DNA of 64,000 nt from Waddliaceae bacterium (lineage in GTDB: Bacteria > Chlamydiota > Chlamydiia > Chlamydiales > SLOH01). Below the pieces are notes generated by a model. It did no database searches. It saw only the letters and a list, made by a program, of their open reading frames with translations, and was not told the DNA's origin. Shown one piece after another: positions 59,523 to 64,000 of this stretch (within the stretch, counting starts at the first letter, position 1; every line of letters starts with the position of its first letter). Position numbers and translations under genes: made by a program. The stretch is taken from the NCBI GenBank assembly GCA_040880105.1, contig JBBDJA010000020.1:1-64000 (forward strand). Direction: 5' to 3'.

Positions 59523-60515
59523 TTAAAAGGTAAATGCAAGTTTCATAAATAGACCTTGAAGTGCAAGGTCAGCTGCTGGCTTATTGCCATTTGAGATCTC
59601 TTGAGAAACTTTTACCATCCAATCTGTTTGATTAAACATGTGAGTATACTCCCATCCAATCACTCCATAGACGTTGTAGCATCCGCAAAGCGTTGTACAT
59701 GCTTTGAGTCCTAGTTGAAGGCGAGTGAGCAATCTGCCGCGCCATTCACTATAATTCATATGGGTTTCGGAGGATATTACATTATCAATATAGGATTGAT
59801 TAGTGGAGTATTCTCCCCAAAGCCCGGTGACACTACTGCTTCCATAGAGCGAGAGGTTGCAAGCAAAGTTCCAGTCGAGTTCTGTTCCGAGTGTGGCGCC
59901 ATATCCGTAGAATTCGATTTTATCATTAGACTCTTGGCGGTCACCATCTAAATGGGCAATAACTTGAAGGCTTTGATCTACGTGCAGGTAGGTGAAAGCT
60001 CCGAATGGTTTAAATTTGACGTTTTCACAGAGGCAGCACGGTTTTGAAATTCCTACATCCACCCAATTAAACATAAAGTAAAAGTCAGTATCTACTCGAC
60101 CTATAGTGATCAAAGTGCTGTCGCTTAGAAAATCGGACTGAACTTCTAATGTACCGCCCACGATCGGCGCTAAGTCAAGACTATTGCCTGCTTTTGTCTC
60201 ATACCATGTCCAGTTGGCAAAAATATTGAGGTCAGGGCAGCCAAATCCTGTTTCCATACCGACTCTTACGCCCGGTCTCCAATTGGGATCGACAGAAAAA
60301 TTTTGATCTATGATAGTAGTGACCCCATCGTTGGTAACTTCACCTCTAGTAAACAAGTAGTTAAGCTCAGCGCCATCGGGTCTTAGGTAAAGAAGATCGA
60401 CATAAATTTGTGTGCCGTCATTGCACCAGCAGTTATTTCCATAATTACCGTATCCAATTCCGGAAAGTGGGATAAAAAAGAGTGTGGCCAGTAATGTGAT
60501 AAGTGTTTTTTTCAT
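59523..60515 (-). CDS. Cysteine-rich outer-membrane beta-barrel protein (Legionella MOMP/Lpg1974-like porin)
   Basis: Signal peptide, DLLYLRP, WRPGVRVG, amphipathic strands, terminal Phe (LAFTF). Confidence 0.75.
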   Translation of the reverse strand: MKKTLITLLATLFFIPLSGIGYGNYGNNCWCNDGTQIYVDLLYLRPDGAELNYLFTRGEVTNDGVTTIIDQNFSVDPNWRPGVRVGMETGFGCPDLNIFANWTWYETKAGNSLDLAPIVGGTLEVQSDFLSDSTLITIGRVDTDFYFMFNWVDVGISKPCCLCENVKFKPFGAFTYLHVDQSLQVIAHLDGDRQESNDKIEFYGYGATLGTELDWNFACNLSLYGSSSVTGLWGEYSTNQSYIDNVISSETHMNYSEWRGRLLTRLQLGLKACTTLCGCYNVYGVIGWEYTHMFNQTDWMVKVSQEISNGNKPAADLALQGLFMKLAFTF

Positions 60516-60565
60516 TGAAAATCTCCAAATTGATGAAGGGAAATTATCCTAATTTAGGTTTTGTG

Positions 60566-61414
60566 TCAAGGGAGAGGTCGTCCTTGAAAGATCTGTAAAA
60601 GGGTATCGATCATATTGAGCCAGTAACGTGAATTGATTACCATTTGCTTGGTCAATAGATTCCAACCGAGGAAAATAATTGTTAAGCCAAGAAGACTTTT
60701 AAGAGGAAGGCCGAGGAAAGTAATCTGCACTTGCTGGGCGAGGCGGTTGGTAATACCAAGAAAGACATCGGTCATTAAAATCGCAAGAAGAGCTGGGGTT
60801 GCAAGCTGCGTGGCCATGATCATTACGCGATTGAGCAGTTGGATATGGATTTGCCAGAAACTTGAGTCCGGGCGAAAAATATCGGGATTCAGAAACTGAT
60901 CCGGTGGAATAATCGTGTAAGAGGTCACAATTGCATCGATAAAGAGAAAAGGGCCGTCCATCAAGTAGAAAATATAGATTAAAACCATATTAAAGAGTGT
61001 GCCAAGCGGAGAGGATTGGTTTTGAATGGTAGGATCGTTCACCATTAAACTTGCCCCGCCGCGCTGGTGGTCGATAATCATTCCGGTGGTTTGGACAATG
61101 ATGAAGGGAAGGCTGATAAAAAATCCAAGGATTAAGCCGATAAACATCTCCTTCACAACTAATGTTAAGGCATGGAAATTAAATGTGAGCGGCTCTGTCG
61201 TTACCTGCAACAAATGCGGAAAAAAGACAGCAAATAGAGTAATTGCAAAGGCTACCTTGACCGGGTGGGGTAGTACGCGCGCGCCGAAAAAAGGAGACAG
61301 GGCGATAATGGGGAGGATGCGCGCCAAAAAAAGGAAAAAAACGGTTAGAAATCCCCATGGTCCTCCCTTCGCTAACGGGCTATCAAGAAACATGAGCATA
61401 TAGCTGTCTGTCAT
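60566..61414 (-). CDS. sctT: T3SS export apparatus SctT
   Basis: LARILP, GMIIDHQRG, LLGL; follows sctS. Confidence 0.94.
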   Translation of the reverse strand: MTDSYMLMFLDSPLAKGGPWGFLTVFFLFLARILPIIALSPFFGARVLPHPVKVAFAITLFAVFFPHLLQVTTEPLTFNFHALTLVVKEMFIGLILGFFISLPFIIVQTTGMIIDHQRGGASLMVNDPTIQNQSSPLGTLFNMVLIYIFYLMDGPFLFIDAIVTSYTIIPPDQFLNPDIFRPDSSFWQIHIQLLNRVMIMATQLATPALLAILMTDVFLGITNRLAQQVQITFLGLPLKSLLGLTIIFLGWNLLTKQMVINSRYWLNMIDTLLQIFQGRPLP

Positions 61415-61441
61415 CTCACACCCAGACGTTTACATTTATGA

Positions 61442-61717
61442 TCACGACCCTGCACTCCAGCGAGGGAAATTGTGAAAGATATTAGAGGCAAAGCTCATAA
61501 TTTGCGCGCCAAGCCATCCGCCCATAAACATCAATGTAAGGGTAACTGCCACAAGCTTTACAGTAAACGAGAGGGTTTGTTCCTGAATTTGGGTGGCGGC
61601 TTGAAAGATTGCGACCAGAAGTCCAAAAAACATACTGATTAATATGGGAGGCGCGGAAAGGATTAAAATCAATAGCAACCCTTGATAAGCGAGCTGTATA
61701 ACTTGGGATTGAAACAT
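61442..61717 (-). CDS. sctS: T3SS export apparatus SctS
   Basis: FQAATQIQEQTLSF. Confidence 0.96.
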   Translation of the reverse strand: MFQSQVIQLAYQGLLLILILSAPPILISMFFGLLVAIFQAATQIQEQTLSFTVKLVAVTLTLMFMGGWLGAQIMSFASNIFHNFPRWSAGS

Positions 61718-61728
61718 TTAAATTTTCC

Positions 61729-62568
61729 TCATGTTTGGAATGTATTGACAAGACCTTCTACAAGCAGAGTCCATCCGTCAAGCATCACAAGTAAGAACAG
61801 CTTAAGCGGCATGGAAATCGTGACAGGAGAGAGCATCATCATCCCCATCGCTAAGAGAATATTGGATGTCACAAGGTCTATGACAAAAAACGGAATATAA
61901 ATTAATACACCCACTTCAAAGGCGTCCTTGAGTTGGCTTGTAATATAAGAGGGGATAATAATAATAAAATCGTCAGGCTTTAAGTTTTCCCGATTCTCTT
62001 CAGGGAGAATGCGGTAAGCAATGCGGTAGAAGAGCGCATGGTGTTTGACACTTGAGTTTCTTTTTAAGAAGTTTCGAAGCGGCTCCTGCACGCGTGTGGC
62101 AACATGGATGATGTAAGTTGAGGATCCCTTAGAAAGTAGGGATTCGGGCATTTCCACTTCCGCAGATGCTTTCATTCCTTCACTATACATCTGCAGTCCT
62201 GTCGGATACATGATGAAGAGGCTAAGCATAAACGCAATGCCGTTAATAATCTGGTTGGGCGGCGCTTGCTGGACACCAAGGGCACTACGCAGCAGAGAAA
62301 GTACGATCACGATCTTTAAAAACGAGGTTAAGATCATGATAATAAATGGCAGAAGCGACAAGAAGGCAAGGGCTGTTGCCTGCGTTCCTAAAGTCGGAGT
62401 TTGTCCTCCCCCAAGCTCCTGCATGAAATCAAGCGAACCGGGAGCTGCTTGCTGCTGGGCAATATGGACGTTGACATTTCGAACACTTCCGTTTGCTGCA
62501 TCTAGCAAAGCATTTGGAGCAAAAAGAACAAAGAGTGAAAGAAAAACAAGAAGAGAGCGTTTAATCAT
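61729..62568 (-). CDS. sctR: T3SS export apparatus SctR
   Basis: TSFLKI, LGVQQAPPNQ, LAMGMMMLSP, PLKLFLLVMLDGW; ATG 62568 preferred. Confidence 0.96.
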   Translation of the reverse strand: MIKRSLLVFLSLFVLFAPNALLDAANGSVRNVNVHIAQQQAAPGSLDFMQELGGGQTPTLGTQATALAFLSLLPFIIMILTSFLKIVIVLSLLRSALGVQQAPPNQIINGIAFMLSLFIMYPTGLQMYSEGMKASAEVEMPESLLSKGSSTYIIHVATRVQEPLRNFLKRNSSVKHHALFYRIAYRILPEENRENLKPDDFIIIIPSYITSQLKDAFEVGVLIYIPFFVIDLVTSNILLAMGMMMLSPVTISMPLKLFLLVMLDGWTLLVEGLVNTFQT

Positions 62569-63208
62569 GGTTTTCCTTATTGTTGTCGGCAAATTTTTGG
62601 AAGGCGTTTTCTAAGATCATCCATTGATTTTCAAGTTGAGCATTAATGATACCCCCTTCCGTTTCGATTATGCATCCTCCCGGGCCGACTTCTCGGTTAG
62701 GGCGAATGGAAAGGGCTTCAAGACTTTCAAATACTTCTTTAATGGTTCCACGATTTTCTTCTATTACCTCAAGCTCGCTTGGGTTTACGTGGATCGTAAC
62801 ATATTTATGCTGAGCGATCGGTTTTAATGACTGCTTGATGATGTCGACAACCGCTGATTTAGACAGTTCAAGTTCCCTTGCTAAAATTTTCTTTGCAGCT
62901 TTTAAAGCAATTTTAAGTACCATTTTCTCGACATCGCTTCTGACCTTTCGTGTCTCTTTCTCAAGTTCTGTTAGTTTTGCGGTCCACTGGTTAAAGCCTT
63001 CTTCAAAACCTTCTTGCTTCGCTTGTTCTTTAATCGTTTCGCACTGCTTGATCACGCGCGTGCGGAATAGATCTGCATCATCTTGTGTTTTTGTGACTAA
63101 TTCAGATGCGCTTAAAAGTATTGAAAATTCCTCAGCGGGGATGTGTTTTTTCCCTGGAGTTAACTCAATTTTTCCATCTTGAATTAAACTGAAAAGCCGG
63201 TTGCTCAT
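62561..63208 (-). CDS. sctL: T3SS stator SctL
   Basis: AKQEGFEEG, GGCIIETEGGIINA (FliH/SctL). Confidence 0.92.
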   Translation of the reverse strand: MSNRLFSLIQDGKIELTPGKKHIPAEEFSILLSASELVTKTQDDADLFRTRVIKQCETIKEQAKQEGFEEGFNQWTAKLTELEKETRKVRSDVEKMVLKIALKAAKKILARELELSKSAVVDIIKQSLKPIAQHKYVTIHVNPSELEVIEENRGTIKEVFESLEALSIRPNREVGPGGCIIETEGGIINAQLENQWMILENAFQKFADNNKENHD

Positions 63209-64000
63209 TGTTTCTTGTCCTGTTTTAAAAACTCTAGCAATTGCCTTGTTTGCTTCATCATGGTTTTTTTATTTGTTTTTATCTCTTTTTTTTCAAGAAG
63301 CTTCAGAAGGTGTCTCCCCCTTCCAATATCAAGACGGTGAAGAAATGCATAGATGAAATCGTCATTTTCTCCCGATAGCGCTCCTGCTAAACGAATCATT
63401 CCGACTTTATGAATGAGCTTGCGGAGTTGAGAAATGGATCCATCCCATTGGTTTAGGGAAATTTTAATTGAAAAAAGCGGCCTCTTCTCTTTTTGAAGCT
63501 GCAAGAGAAATTTCTTTTCCTCTTGGTTCAAGCAGTGATAAATTTTTTGTAGCCGGGTTTTATCGACGATCTTCTTAATAATTTCTGTTAGTTCGAACAT
63601 TCCCAAAAGATCTATCATTTCTAGGAGCATTTGTTTAGAGAAGTCAAAAATGGGACTAAGAGGGGAGGTCGAAAGATCGCATGAGGCAAGATGAAGCTCA
63701 TCATTAATGATCGGGAAGAGCTTGGTGTATAAAAATCGGCAAATCGGCGGCGGCAATGCAGTTGGGTATTCCTTTACAGACAGGGTTTCGGCAAGTTTTT
63801 CCCTTTGCTCCTCAGGGATGATCGCAATCGCATAGGGAAGTAATTGGGGGTTGAGTTTTTGGAAGATAGGGATCAACCATGAATAATGGACGTTTTCCAA
63901 ATGTCGATGGCTAACCGGAAAAACAAGCGATAAATCTGTGTGGTGATGGGAGGCGTTTTTAAGAGAATCCGCATCTTCAGAGGAAAGTAAATGAAGGAAA
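63205..64000 (-). CDS. T3SS-associated protein upstream of sctL (CT560/SctK-like), 5' end beyond window
   Basis: Frame stays open from 63900 to the window end (FLHLLSSEDAD...ENVHYSWL); position in the sctJ-x-sctL-R-S-T order. Confidence 0.7.
   Translation of the reverse strand, partial: FLHLLSSEDADSLKNASHHHTDLSLVFPVSHRHLENVHYSWLIPIFQKLNPQLLPYAIAIIPEEQREKLAETLSVKEYPTALPPPICRFLYTKLFPIINDELHLASCDLSTSPLSPIFDFSKQMLLEMIDLLGMFELTEIIKKIVDKTRLQKIYHCLNQEEKKFLLQLQKEKRPLFSIKISLNQWDGSISQLRKLIHKVGMIRLAGALSGENDDFIYAFLHRLDIGRGRHLLKLLEKKEIKTNKKTMMKQTRQLLEFLKQDKKQ

Overview
64 kb of chromosomal DNA from an environmental member of the phylum Chlamydiota, judged by chlamydia-type genes: long GreA, HTH-PtsN/PtsN pair, CPAF-like proteases, sctK/L/R/S/T, and a ptsN-dut-accD-sod plus hemC-radA-rnc order resembling Chlamydia CT290-CT299. 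Most of the window is housekeeping: coaD (partial, missed by the ORF track), rsmD, tkt, hemE, hemY, clpC, gcvT/H/PA/PB, eno, ahpC, aspC, mreC, rdgB, sufBCDS, sua5, tRNA-Arg(ACG) and tRNA-Ala(GGC). The most notable items are: (1) a family of ~160-bp fully palindromic intergenic MITE-like elements (3 full copies, 1 internally deleted); (2) two tandem CPAF paralogues; (3) a signal-peptide RHS protein with a C-terminal alpha/beta-hydrolase-like domain and no downstream immunity gene; (4) a HemC-HemD fusion whose HemC part lacks the cofactor-anchoring Cys domain; (5) a SET-domain gene converging on an AT-rich effector-like orphan; (6) an in-frame TAA in gcvPB; (7) a 9-codon uORF abutting sodA. I found no CRISPR array, transposase, prophage or clearly new multi-gene system. 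All calls come from motif reading without database searches.
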